Assembly: GCA_036787895.1 (NCBI GenBank)
Contig: DAIQOK010000007.1
Span: 42,883-106,882 of the forward strand
Origin: Bacteroidota bacterium
Lineage (GTDB): Bacteria; Bacteroidota; Bacteroidia; UBA7662
DNA length: 64,000 bases
Direction: 5' to 3'
The notes beneath the pieces were generated by a model. That model worked only from the letters and a program-made list of their open reading frames with translations, was not told the origin of the DNA and ran no database searches. Within the stretch, counting starts at the first letter, position 1; each line of letters begins with the position of its first letter. The position numbers were made by a program, and so were the translations under genes. Shown piece after piece: positions 9,485-17,907 of this stretch.

Positions 9485-10084
9485 TCAATCTTCTCCCTTC
9501 AAAGTAATCAAATCAAAATACATCAATCTCGTGGACAAAGGTATGCTGGGTTCATGTCCAGTGTGTTCTGCTTCCTGTTTTTCGGTACTGAATATAAACT
9601 CGAAGCTATTGTCTTGATAATACTTTAGGGGTGCAGCTTGGTTATAGGCATCTACAACGATGAAGCGACATCCGGTTTTATTTTGTTCATCTACAAACCA
9701 AGATTTAATAAAATCCATCAGTTCTTTGCCGATTCCTCTTTTTTTAAAGTCTTCTGCAACACCCAAGCGACCAATTAATACTGCAGGATAACTTCTTATG
9801 TGTTTCTCTCTTGGAACATCCTTGATAACCTTCTTTTTCCGGCTGCCTGGCATTCCATTTACTTTTATGCTGTCGTTGGATATTGTGAATGCACAAACCA
9901 TTTGACATGGAGATTCATCGGTAGTGAATACATAAGTTTTGCCAAGCAATTCTCTGGCATAAGCCAATGCCTCGTTTTCAAAAAAGTCGTTTAAGTCTGC
10001 ATTTCCACAGTCGAGTGGTTTGCAGGATTTGAAAAGATCTGCCGTGAGCAGTTGCAATTGGCAATGTTCGAGCAGATAACCCAA
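9485..10084 (-). CDS. GNAT-family N-acetyltransferase, toxin-like (candidate type II TA toxin)
   Basis: The 199-aa protein has an acetyl-CoA-binding GNAT core (VLIGRLGVAEDFKKRGIGKELM). It is preceded 11 bp upstream by a small ORF. Its position in the island and its size class are consistent with GNAT toxins, but the toxin assignment is inferential. Confidence 0.55.
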   Translation of the reverse strand: MGYLLEHCQLQLLTADLFKSCKPLDCGNADLNDFFENEALAYARELLGKTYVFTTDESPCQMVCAFTISNDSIKVNGMPGSRKKKVIKDVPREKHIRSYPAVLIGRLGVAEDFKKRGIGKELMDFIKSWFVDEQNKTGCRFIVVDAYNQAAPLKYYQDNSFEFIFSTEKQEAEHTGHEPSIPLSTRLMYFDLITLKGED

Positions 10085-10095
10085 CGGCTGAATGT

Positions 10096-10254
10096 TTAAA
10101 TATTAGCCTTTTTAAGAATTGCTTTTGCTGTTTTTTGTTGCGCGCTGAAGTTAACAGTAGCTTTTTTTGCCAAGCCTGCTTTGGCTTTTTTCTGAAAAGA
10201 CGCAGCTACCCGTCCGGTGAGTACAGGAATAGATTTAATAGTAGTTGCCATCAT
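10096..10254 (-). CDS. Unannotated small ORF (~52 aa, MMATTIKSIPVLTGRVAASFQKKAKAGLAKKATVNFSAQQKTAKAILKKANI), candidate antitoxin/partner of the GNAT gene
   Basis: I translated this by hand from the minus strand: ATG (revcomp) at 10252-10254 and TAA stop at 10096-10098. It is lysine-rich and lies immediately upstream of and co-oriented with the GNAT gene. It is below the 60-aa cutoff of the supplied ORF track. Confidence 0.4.
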   Translation of the reverse strand: MMATTIKSIPVLTGRVAASFQKKAKAGLAKKATVNFSAQQKTAKAILKKANI

Positions 10255-10450
10255 CGTTTCGTTTTAGTGTCTACAAAATAAACATAAAGGACTGATATAC
10301 CAAAACATAAGACAGTTAACCTATCTCAGGTCTATTCATCATTTCATCGCTTGAGTGAACCTCAAAGCCTTCCAAATCGTTCTGCACGGTATACCATTTG
10401 GCTCAGCTTCAATCGTATCTTTATCCCCATCCCCTAAAAAGGAAAACCAC

Positions 10451-11701
10451 ATGAAAAAATTAACACTCGGCCTGCTTTTGGGCCTTTTCGTATTCATCGG
10501 CTGCCGTTGGGGCATACATCTCGAAGGGCAGTACCGCCTCCAATTTGGCCAATGGCGCGGAGCGCTGCTTACCGATGGGGGCGAGTTGCCCTTTATTTTT
10601 GAGATGAGTCGTTTGCCCGATTCGTCTTTCAGCTTTGTGCTGCACGATGGCGATCAACTGGTGGAGTCGAGCGAGTTTGAGATTGTGGGCGATTCGTTTA
10701 TTGTGCGTTTTCCGGTCTTTGAGAGTACTTTAATCGGTGCCATCTCTACCATGGGCGATACGCTGCGGGGGGAGTTGATACGAGTGAAATACGATGTAGA
10801 AAGCCGCTTGCCTTTTGTGGCGGTAGCAGGGGGTAAATATAAGTTCGCTGCCATTAGTGGCCGACTGCCGGCCGAGCTAGATGGCAAATGGCAGACGACC
10901 ATGTACAAAAACAATGGCGACAGCACCGAAGCCATCGGCCTGTTTAGCCAGACCGGCAGCGACATTAGCGGTTCTTTTGCCACCAATTTTGGCGATTACC
11001 GCTTTTTGAGCGGCATAGTCGATGGCGATTCGTTGTTTATGTCGGGTTTCGACGGTTCGGGAGCTTATTTGTTCAAGGCGCGTTACGACAAAGTCACCGC
11101 TACCCTCAGCGGCGATATGTATGCCGGGCAGTCGAAAATCCGGACTTGGAAAGCGGTGCGTAATGCCGACTACCAACTCGCCGATCCGAACGCGCTCACC
11201 TACCTCAAAAATCCGAAAGCCGGCATCAGCTTCAGCTTCCCGAATACCGAAGGCAAAATGATCAGCACCTCCGACCCGGCCTACCAGGACAAAGTGGTGG
11301 TACTGCAAATTTTAGGCAGCTGGTGCCCGAATTGTCTGGATGAAACACCTTTTTTGGCCGAATTCCACAACAAATACCAAAGTCAAGGACTCGAAGTTAT
11401 CGGCCTCGGATTTGAACGTACCGCCATTAAAGAGAAGGCCTTCAACAATCTGCAGCGCCTGAAAACCCGCTACAAAGCCAATTACGAAATAGTTTTGGCC
11501 GGCACCCCCGATTCAACCGGTGTAGCCAACGCCTTGCCGAATCTGGCGAAAATAGCCGCTTTCCCGACCACCATTTTTATCGATAAAAAAGGTGTGGTTC
11601 GACGCATACATACCGGCTTTAATGGTCCCGCCACCGGCGAACCTTATACCGAATACCAGGCCGAGTTTACGCATTACATCGAAAGTCTGCTCGCCGAATG
11701 A
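10451..11701 (+). CDS. TlpA-like thiol:disulfide oxidoreductase (thioredoxin-fold) lipoprotein
   Basis: A lipoprotein-type signal peptide, MKKLTLGLLLGLFVFIGC, starts at ATG 10451. The C-terminal redoxin domain carries a WCPNC active site (VVLQILGSWCPNCLDETPFLAEF). The stop overlaps the mfd start (ATGA). Confidence 0.8.
   Translation: MKKLTLGLLLGLFVFIGCRWGIHLEGQYRLQFGQWRGALLTDGGELPFIFEMSRLPDSSFSFVLHDGDQLVESSEFEIVGDSFIVRFPVFESTLIGAISTMGDTLRGELIRVKYDVESRLPFVAVAGGKYKFAAISGRLPAELDGKWQTTMYKNNGDSTEAIGLFSQTGSDISGSFATNFGDYRFLSGIVDGDSLFMSGFDGSGAYLFKARYDKVTATLSGDMYAGQSKIRTWKAVRNADYQLADPNALTYLKNPKAGISFSFPNTEGKMISTSDPAYQDKVVVLQILGSWCPNCLDETPFLAEFHNKYQSQGLEVIGLGFERTAIKEKAFNNLQRLKTRYKANYEIVLAGTPDSTGVANALPNLAKIAAFPTTIFIDKKGVVRRIHTGFNGPATGEPYTEYQAEFTHYIESLLAE
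10470..10518. repeat. Direct repeat copy B (within the signal-peptide codons of the tlpA-like gene); partner of copy A
   Basis: See copy A: 45 of 47 bases are identical. Confidence 0.8.
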
Positions 11702-14700
11702 GCGACAGCCTCGTCGCCCTTGTAGGTGAGCGCCCCCGGGAGGAGAGCACCAAAAGTGCCCTCGGCCAGCTGCTCGCTTTATACGGACTGCATCCCAAAC
11801 ACCAGGAGCTCTGCGCTGCCCTGAATCAGAACCAGGCGCGGATCGTACTCAAGGGCACCCCCGGTTCCTTGCCGGCGGTATTGGCAGCAGCTACCTGGCA
11901 ACAGCGGCCAGCCACCTATTTGTTGGTGCTCAACGATCGCGAAGAGGCGGCCTATTTTCACAACGACCTGGCCAGTCTGCTGCCCGAGCGGGAAATTCTG
12001 TTTTTCCCGGCCAGCTACAAAAAACATTTCGACCCGGAACAACTGCAGAGCAGCCATGTGCTCCAACGCGCCGAGGTGCTCAACCAGGTAAACCACAACA
12101 AACGCCAGGGCGAGCTCATCGTCACCTATCCCGAAGCGCTGGCCGAGAAGGTCGTCAACAAATTCACCATCACCAAAAACACCATCGACATCCGGCTGAA
12201 GGAGAAACTCAATCTCGACTTCATCACCGAAATGCTCGTCGAATACGGTTTTGAGCGGGAAGATTTTGTGTACGAACCCGGTCAGTTCAGCATACGCGGA
12301 GGCATAGTAGATGTATTCAGCTTCGCCAACGAGTTGCCCTACCGCATCGAGCTCTTCGGCGACGAGGTCGACAGCATACGCACCTTCGACCCCGAATCGC
12401 AGCTCAGCGTCAAAACCATCGGTCAGCTGAGCCTCATCCCCAACATCCAAACCCATCTCCTCAAAGAAAGTCGGGAGTCGTTGCTCAACTTCCTACCCGC
12501 CAACACCACAGTCTGGATACGCGACATCGTGCTCACGGCCGACGTCATAGATCAGTGTTACGAAAAAGCCGAGGAAAACTGGAACCAGGCCCACGATTTA
12601 TCGGAACTCACCCCATCGGAGGCTTTCGAAGACGGCAACTCCTGGCAGGCTTTGTTGCTGGAGAAGCAAGTCGTGGAATTCGGCACAGATCAGTTGGCCG
12701 GCAAAAAAACCATCATCGACTGGGCCTCGCAACCCCAGATTGCCATCCGCAAAAACTTCGACCTGCTCATCAGCAGCATGCAGGAGAACGAAAAAAAGGG
12801 CATAAAAAACCTCTTGTTCAGTGATGCCAAAGCACAAATCGAGCGATTGTACCACATTTTCGAAGATTTGAAAGCCGGCGTGGCTTTTTACCCTTTGTAT
12901 ACCAGTCTGCACGAAGGATTTATAGACCAGCAGCTGCACATCAGTGTATTTACTGACCACCAGATTTTTGAGCGTTACCACAAATACAAGCTCAGCAGTT
13001 ATAAGTCGAAAGGTGCCGGCATCACGCTCAAAGACCTGAAAGAACTCCGCCCAGGCGACCATGTGGTGCATATCGACCACGGCGTTGGGGTATTCGACGG
13101 CCTGCAGAAGATAGATGTGAACGGCCAGCAACAGGAGGCCGTGCGTTTGATTTACCGCGATGGCGATTTGTTGTATGTCGGCATCAACTCCCTCCACAAA
13201 ATTGCCAAATACAGCGGCAAAGAAGGCGTACCTCCGCGGGTCAACAAACTCGGCAGCGATGTGTGGGAGAAGCTGAAGAGCAAAACGAAGTCGAAGGTTA
13301 AGGACATCGCCAAAGACCTCATCGAGCTTTACGCCAAACGCAAAGGCACCGCCGGCTTCGCCTTTTCACCCGACAGTTATCTTCAGAACGAACTCGAGGC
13401 CAGCTTCATTTACGAAGACACCCCCGACCAATACAAGGCCACCGAAGCCGCCAAGGCTGATATGCAAAAACCATATCCCATGGACCGTTTGGTCTGCGGT
13501 GATGTAGGTTTTGGCAAGACGGAAGTCGCCATACGCGCTGCCTTTAAAGCCGCCACCGATGGCAAACAGGTCGCTGTACTCGTGCCCACCACCATACTTG
13601 CCCTCCAACATTTCAAAACTTTCAGCACCCGATTGCGCGATTTTCCGGTCACAGTAGATTATGTCAACCGTTTCCGTTCTGCCAAAGATGAAAAGGCTGT
13701 TCTAGAAAAAGTAACGAGCGGTAAAGTAGACATACTGATCGGTACGCATAAGTTGGTAGGCAAAAATGTGAAGTTTAAAGACCTAGGCTTGCTCATCATC
13801 GATGAAGAACAAAAGTTTGGCGTAGGTGTAAAAGAAAAGCTCCGGCAAATGCGGGTGAATGTAGATACGCTCACGCTTACTGCTACACCGATACCACGCA
13901 CTTTGCAGTTTTCGCTCATGGGTGCCCGCGATTTGAGCGTCATCACCACACCGCCACCCAACCGTCAGCCGGTACAGACGGAATTGGTACACTTCGACGA
14001 GGACAAAATCCGGGAAGCCATTTTGTATGAAGTTGACCGCGGTGGCCAGGTCTTTTTCGTGCACAACCGGGTCACCAACATCAAAGACGTGGCGCAGCTC
14101 GTGCAGCGGCTTTGTCCGAAAGTGAGCATTTGTGTAGGCCATGGCCAAATGCCCGGCGATGAGCTCGAAGATGTGCTTTTAGACTTCATCGACGGCAAAT
14201 ACGATGTATTGGTGGCCACCAACATCATCGAATCGGGCCTCGACATCCCGAATGCCAATACCATCATCATTAATATGGCTCAGAATTTTGGGCTCAGCGA
14301 TTTGCACCAGATGCGCGGCCGGGTGGGTCGGAGTAATACCAAGGCTTTCTGTTATCTCGTCACGCCACCCACGGCAACGCTCACCACCGAGGCCCGCAAA
14401 CGTCTCAAAGCACTCGAAGAATACAGCGATTTAGGCAGCGGTTTCCAGATTGCCATGCGCGATTTGGACATACGTGGTGCTGGTAATATGCTGGGTGCCG
14501 AACAAAGTGGTTTCATCACCGAAATCGGCTTCGATATGTATCAAAAGATACTCGACGAGGCCTTGCGCGAGCTGAAAGACACTGAATATGCCGGCTTGTT
14601 CGAAGATGCCGGTCCACGTGAATTTGTGCGCGATGTACAGTTAGATACCGATTTGAACGCCTTGTTGCCCGAGCGTTATGTGCGTAATACCACCGAACGT

Positions 14701-15072
14701 CTGGCCCTCTATATGCAGCTCGACAATACCGAAACCGAGGATGGCCTCGAACGTTTCCGCGCCGAATTGCTCGACCGTTTTGGTCCCTTGCCGCAGGAAG
14801 CAGAAACTTTGCTTACGTTAATCCGTTTGCGTTGGGCCGCGAAAGGCCTGGGCATGGAAAAAGTGGTATTGAAAGGCGGCAAGATGAAGTGTTATTTCGT
14901 CAGTGGCAAAAACGAAGCCTTTTACCAAAGCGACATATTTGGTCGTATACTCGACCATGTGCGGATAAACGCTGCACGGGTAAGCCTAAAACAAACTACG
15001 GCCACTGTGGTGCTCGAATTCCAGGGCGTAAAGGGAGCAGAGGCTGCTTTAACTGCTTTGAACGAAATCTAA
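11698..15072 (+). CDS. mfd: Transcription-repair coupling factor Mfd
   Basis: The protein is 1124 aa. SF2 translocase motifs are present: LVCGDVGFGKTEVAIRAA, LIIDEEQKFGV, TLTATPIPRT, QMRGRVGRS. The overall architecture matches Mfd/TRCF. Confidence 0.95.
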   Translation: MSDSLVALVGERPREESTKSALGQLLALYGLHPKHQELCAALNQNQARIVLKGTPGSLPAVLAAATWQQRPATYLLVLNDREEAAYFHNDLASLLPEREILFFPASYKKHFDPEQLQSSHVLQRAEVLNQVNHNKRQGELIVTYPEALAEKVVNKFTITKNTIDIRLKEKLNLDFITEMLVEYGFEREDFVYEPGQFSIRGGIVDVFSFANELPYRIELFGDEVDSIRTFDPESQLSVKTIGQLSLIPNIQTHLLKESRESLLNFLPANTTVWIRDIVLTADVIDQCYEKAEENWNQAHDLSELTPSEAFEDGNSWQALLLEKQVVEFGTDQLAGKKTIIDWASQPQIAIRKNFDLLISSMQENEKKGIKNLLFSDAKAQIERLYHIFEDLKAGVAFYPLYTSLHEGFIDQQLHISVFTDHQIFERYHKYKLSSYKSKGAGITLKDLKELRPGDHVVHIDHGVGVFDGLQKIDVNGQQQEAVRLIYRDGDLLYVGINSLHKIAKYSGKEGVPPRVNKLGSDVWEKLKSKTKSKVKDIAKDLIELYAKRKGTAGFAFSPDSYLQNELEASFIYEDTPDQYKATEAAKADMQKPYPMDRLVCGDVGFGKTEVAIRAAFKAATDGKQVAVLVPTTILALQHFKTFSTRLRDFPVTVDYVNRFRSAKDEKAVLEKVTSGKVDILIGTHKLVGKNVKFKDLGLLIIDEEQKFGVGVKEKLRQMRVNVDTLTLTATPIPRTLQFSLMGARDLSVITTPPPNRQPVQTELVHFDEDKIREAILYEVDRGGQVFFVHNRVTNIKDVAQLVQRLCPKVSICVGHGQMPGDELEDVLLDFIDGKYDVLVATNIIESGLDIPNANTIIINMAQNFGLSDLHQMRGRVGRSNTKAFCYLVTPPTATLTTEARKRLKALEEYSDLGSGFQIAMRDLDIRGAGNMLGAEQSGFITEIGFDMYQKILDEALRELKDTEYAGLFEDAGPREFVRDVQLDTDLNALLPERYVRNTTERLALYMQLDNTETEDGLERFRAELLDRFGPLPQEAETLLTLIRLRWAAKGLGMEKVVLKGGKMKCYFVSGKNEAFYQSDIFGRILDHVRINAARVSLKQTTATVVLEFQGVKGAEAALTALNEI

Positions 15073-15917
15073 ACCGGATAAACCAATACCGGAATTTCGG
15101 CCCGGTACACGAGATCGTCGACTACATTGGAGCCAAAAACGGCATCGAAAAAGCTGCGGTTCTGGTGGATAAGGATGACGAGATGCGGGTAGATTTCGGC
15201 AATGGCTTTATCGAGCCCCTCTTCCACATCGTTATTGCGCAACTCCATAAAATGCAGGTTTTTGTACTCCACAGCCTTGCGGGTAAGCGTTTCGAAGCCA
15301 ATAAAGCGTAATTTTTCATCAAAACTTGGTTTGGTTCTGATGTGTAATACATGTATTGAGCTTTTGAATTCTTTGGCCAGGGTGGTGGCTTTTTGGAGCA
15401 CATTGAGGTCGTTTTCCTTGAAGTCGGTGGCAAACAACATACGATCGAGCTTCACCTCCGGCAATTTGGAGGTTGTGGCCAATACAGGGCAGGAAGTAAG
15501 GTCGATAACGCCAGAAGTGGTGGTATCAAACACAAAACGACGTAAGCCGGTAGTGATCCGATTACCCATACAAATGAGATCGGCTTGAACTTCTGCGGCG
15601 GTTTGAATGATGGTGGTCACCGCTGCGCCTGTCCGCAATAAACTCACGACCCTGGATTTGCTGCCGGCTAAATTGAGCTTAGCACGTTCCAGGGCTTGTT
15701 TCAACGCAGGTTTGGAGACTTTTTCATGCTCCTTCCTGATTTTATCTTGCTGGATATTGGTGCCGTGAGCTAATTCAATCACGTGCAGCAAGATGATACG
15801 TGCTTTGGTTTTGGAAGCGATTAAGGTGGCGTAGTCGATGGCTCGATTGGCTTTGTCGCTGAAATCGGTGGGGACCAATATGATTTGTACCGTTGATTTT
15901 TCTTTTTTCTCGGCCAT
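15069..15917 (-). CDS. Universal stress protein (tandem UspA domains)
   Basis: Two Usp-like halves are visible: ILVPTDFSDKANRAIDYA ... and LFATDFKEN ... The protein is 282 aa. It is convergent with mfd and overlaps it by 4 bp. Confidence 0.75.
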   Translation of the reverse strand: MAEKKEKSTVQIILVPTDFSDKANRAIDYATLIASKTKARIILLHVIELAHGTNIQQDKIRKEHEKVSKPALKQALERAKLNLAGSKSRVVSLLRTGAAVTTIIQTAAEVQADLICMGNRITTGLRRFVFDTTTSGVIDLTSCPVLATTSKLPEVKLDRMLFATDFKENDLNVLQKATTLAKEFKSSIHVLHIRTKPSFDEKLRFIGFETLTRKAVEYKNLHFMELRNNDVEEGLDKAIAEIYPHLVILIHQNRSFFDAVFGSNVVDDLVYRAEIPVLVYPV

Positions 15918-15918
15918 C

Positions 15919-16752
15919 TTAGTGGGTTATAAATGCTTGAAGGGTGCCGCTTTTAAGCAGGTGATCAGCAGTGCTGCCCGAGAAAAAGCGCGCAATGCCA
16001 CTTTTGCCATAGGCACCCATTACCACCAGCGGGTCTCCTTTCTGACTGGCAAAATACGGGATTTCTTCCTTGGGTTTTCCAACCAGATCAACCCAGTTCA
16101 AGTTCGGGAAACGCAGTTGAAGTATTTCCACTAAACCTTCTTCGGCTGCTGTAATGGTCTCGGCCTGATCAAATACCCGTATAAGGTAGTGGTCCCAGTC
16201 GGCGCAGGCTGGTTTGAAGGTGTGAAAATACTCGTCGATAGCGCGCATGCTGCTGTCGGAGCCATCGTAACAGAGGGCGACCGATTCAAACAATCGGGCA
16301 TTTTCGGGGAGAAGCAGTATAGGGCAGCGTGACCGACTGAGCAATTGTTTTACCACTTGCTGGTCGCTGTCGCTGGCAAACGTATTGTACGACCGGTAGC
16401 CCATAAGCAGCAAATCGGCAAAGAGGGTTTCTTTGACTACCTCTTCCACGGGGTCACCTTTGTCGAAGTGGACTTTAAAGCGCACATTGGCCTTTTTACA
16501 TTCCTCCACAAAATAATTGATGAGCTCAACTGTCTTTTTTTCGCTTTCGCTCAGGCTGTCTTTAATGATTTGGAAGGTATGTTCGTAATACACGGGTTCA
16601 CCACCGAGTACGGTATAATAATCCACGAGTGTAAGGTCTTGCACAAATACACCGGTGAGTACGGCATCGTTTTTTTTGGCGAGGGCAAAAGCCTGATCCA
16701 GCACATTTCCGGCATTAATTCCCTGGTCGACGACCAATAATAATTTGTCCAT
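15919..16752 (-). CDS. Universal stress protein family (tandem Usp domains)
   Basis: MDKLLLVVDQGINAGNVLDQAFALAKKNDAVLTGVFV ... The likely start is the ATG at 16752, with a longer ORF running to 16785. It lies adjacent to the other usp gene. Confidence 0.7.
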   Translation of the reverse strand: MDKLLLVVDQGINAGNVLDQAFALAKKNDAVLTGVFVQDLTLVDYYTVLGGEPVYYEHTFQIIKDSLSESEKKTVELINYFVEECKKANVRFKVHFDKGDPVEEVVKETLFADLLLMGYRSYNTFASDSDQQVVKQLLSRSRCPILLLPENARLFESVALCYDGSDSSMRAIDEYFHTFKPACADWDHYLIRVFDQAETITAAEEGLVEILQLRFPNLNWVDLVGKPKEEIPYFASQKGDPLVVMGAYGKSGIARFFSGSTADHLLKSGTLQAFITH

Positions 16753-16854
16753 GGCGAATTGCTTTGGTGATATAAAGATACACAATTGTCTGGGCTTCGG
16801 GGAGGATGGGAACAGGGTTAATTCTGACTTCAGGGAAGCTGTACAGCGTCGTAG

Positions 16855-17055
16855 GGCTCCTGGGTTTAGATATGGCTTTGCCTCAGGTTTAGACTCGGCT
16901 TCGCCTCGAGTTTGGTGGCGCTGCGATTCTGTTTAGTCGTATGTTTCCCAAGAGAACGTCAGCTAAGCCAGTTTCACCCTTGACGGACGACTAAACAGGC
17001 GCAGCCGCTAAACCCAGGCCGTAGGCCGGCTATACCTCGCGCCCAGCGCCTAAAC
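16855..17055. repeat. Long imperfect inverted repeat / structured element in the usp-hydrolase divergent intergenic region
   Basis: The left arm carries gggtttaga / aggtttaga / gagtttgg and ctgtttagtcgt (16929-16940). The right arm carries the reverse complement acgactaaacag (16991-17002), then ctaaaccca twice. Arms are ~70-80 nt around a ~40-nt centre. Confidence 0.5.
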
Positions 17056-17133
17056 CCAAAACAGCAACACAGCATTTTGACATCCTCACAACTTAGTACA
17101 CCCAAAGCCCGGCGCATCACGTATTTTTGCGGC

Positions 17134-17907
17134 ATGAATTTGTTTTTTCAAGAGATCGGCCAGGGCGACCCCCTCATCATCTTACATGGCATTTTTGGCT
17201 CAGGCGACAATTGGCTAACCCTCGGCCGGCAATTCGCCGAAAACCGACGGGTATTCCTACTCGACCAACGCAACCACGGCCGCTCCCCCTGGGACGACAC
17301 TTTCAGTTACCAACTGCTCGCCGACGATTTGCTGGCATTTATGAATACCCACGGCCTAGATACAGTCGATCTTATCGGTCACTCCATGGGCGGCAAGGTG
17401 AGCATGTTGTTTGCCCTCCAGCATCCCGAAAGGGTGAAAAGCCTGGTGATAGTCGACATTGCCCCGCGTATGTACAATCTCCAGGAGCACAAACATATAC
17501 TCAGCACCCTTGCCGATTTCGACCTCAACCGCTACCAAACGCGCACCGAAATCGACCAGGCGCTGGCCGCCGATTTGCCCGAGTACAGCACCCGGCAGTT
17601 TATTCTCAAAAACATCTACCGCAATGAGGCGCATCAGTTTGCCTGGCGGCTGAATGTGCAGGCATTACGTGCTAATCTTCCTGAAATTGGCATGTCGATA
17701 AGCAGTGAGGCTCGTTATATCAAGCCAACGCTTTTTATTGCCGGCGGCAAATCCAAATACATCCAACCCGAAGACCACGCCCGCATACATACCCTCTTCC
17801 CCCAGGCCCGCATCGCCACCGTACCCCATGCCGGTCATTGGGTGCATGCCGAAGCCCCCGACGCCTTATTTGCCCTGGTTAACGACTATCTCGTACACAA
17901 AAAATGA
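17134..17907 (+). CDS. Alpha/beta-fold hydrolase (esterase/lipase family)
   Basis: LIILHGIFGSGDNW, a GHSMGG nucleophile elbow, and a C-terminal HAGHWVH. The start is probably the ATG at 17134 (MNLFFQEIGQ). Confidence 0.8.
   Translation: MNLFFQEIGQGDPLIILHGIFGSGDNWLTLGRQFAENRRVFLLDQRNHGRSPWDDTFSYQLLADDLLAFMNTHGLDTVDLIGHSMGGKVSMLFALQHPERVKSLVIVDIAPRMYNLQEHKHILSTLADFDLNRYQTRTEIDQALAADLPEYSTRQFILKNIYRNEAHQFAWRLNVQALRANLPEIGMSISSEARYIKPTLFIAGGKSKYIQPEDHARIHTLFPQARIATVPHAGHWVHAEAPDALFALVNDYLVHKK

Noticed and set aside
11779-13197. Minus-strand ORFs of 225 aa and 199 aa lying inside mfd
   Set aside because: They are antisense to a strongly supported, motif-complete mfd gene. Long open antisense frames are expected in high-GC coding sequence, and neither contains recognisable motifs.
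17127-17627. 166-aa Pro/Arg-rich ORF in an alternate frame of the alpha/beta hydrolase gene
   Set aside because: It overlaps, in a +1 frame, a gene with clear hydrolase motifs. The composition bias is typical of an out-of-frame translation of GC-rich sequence.
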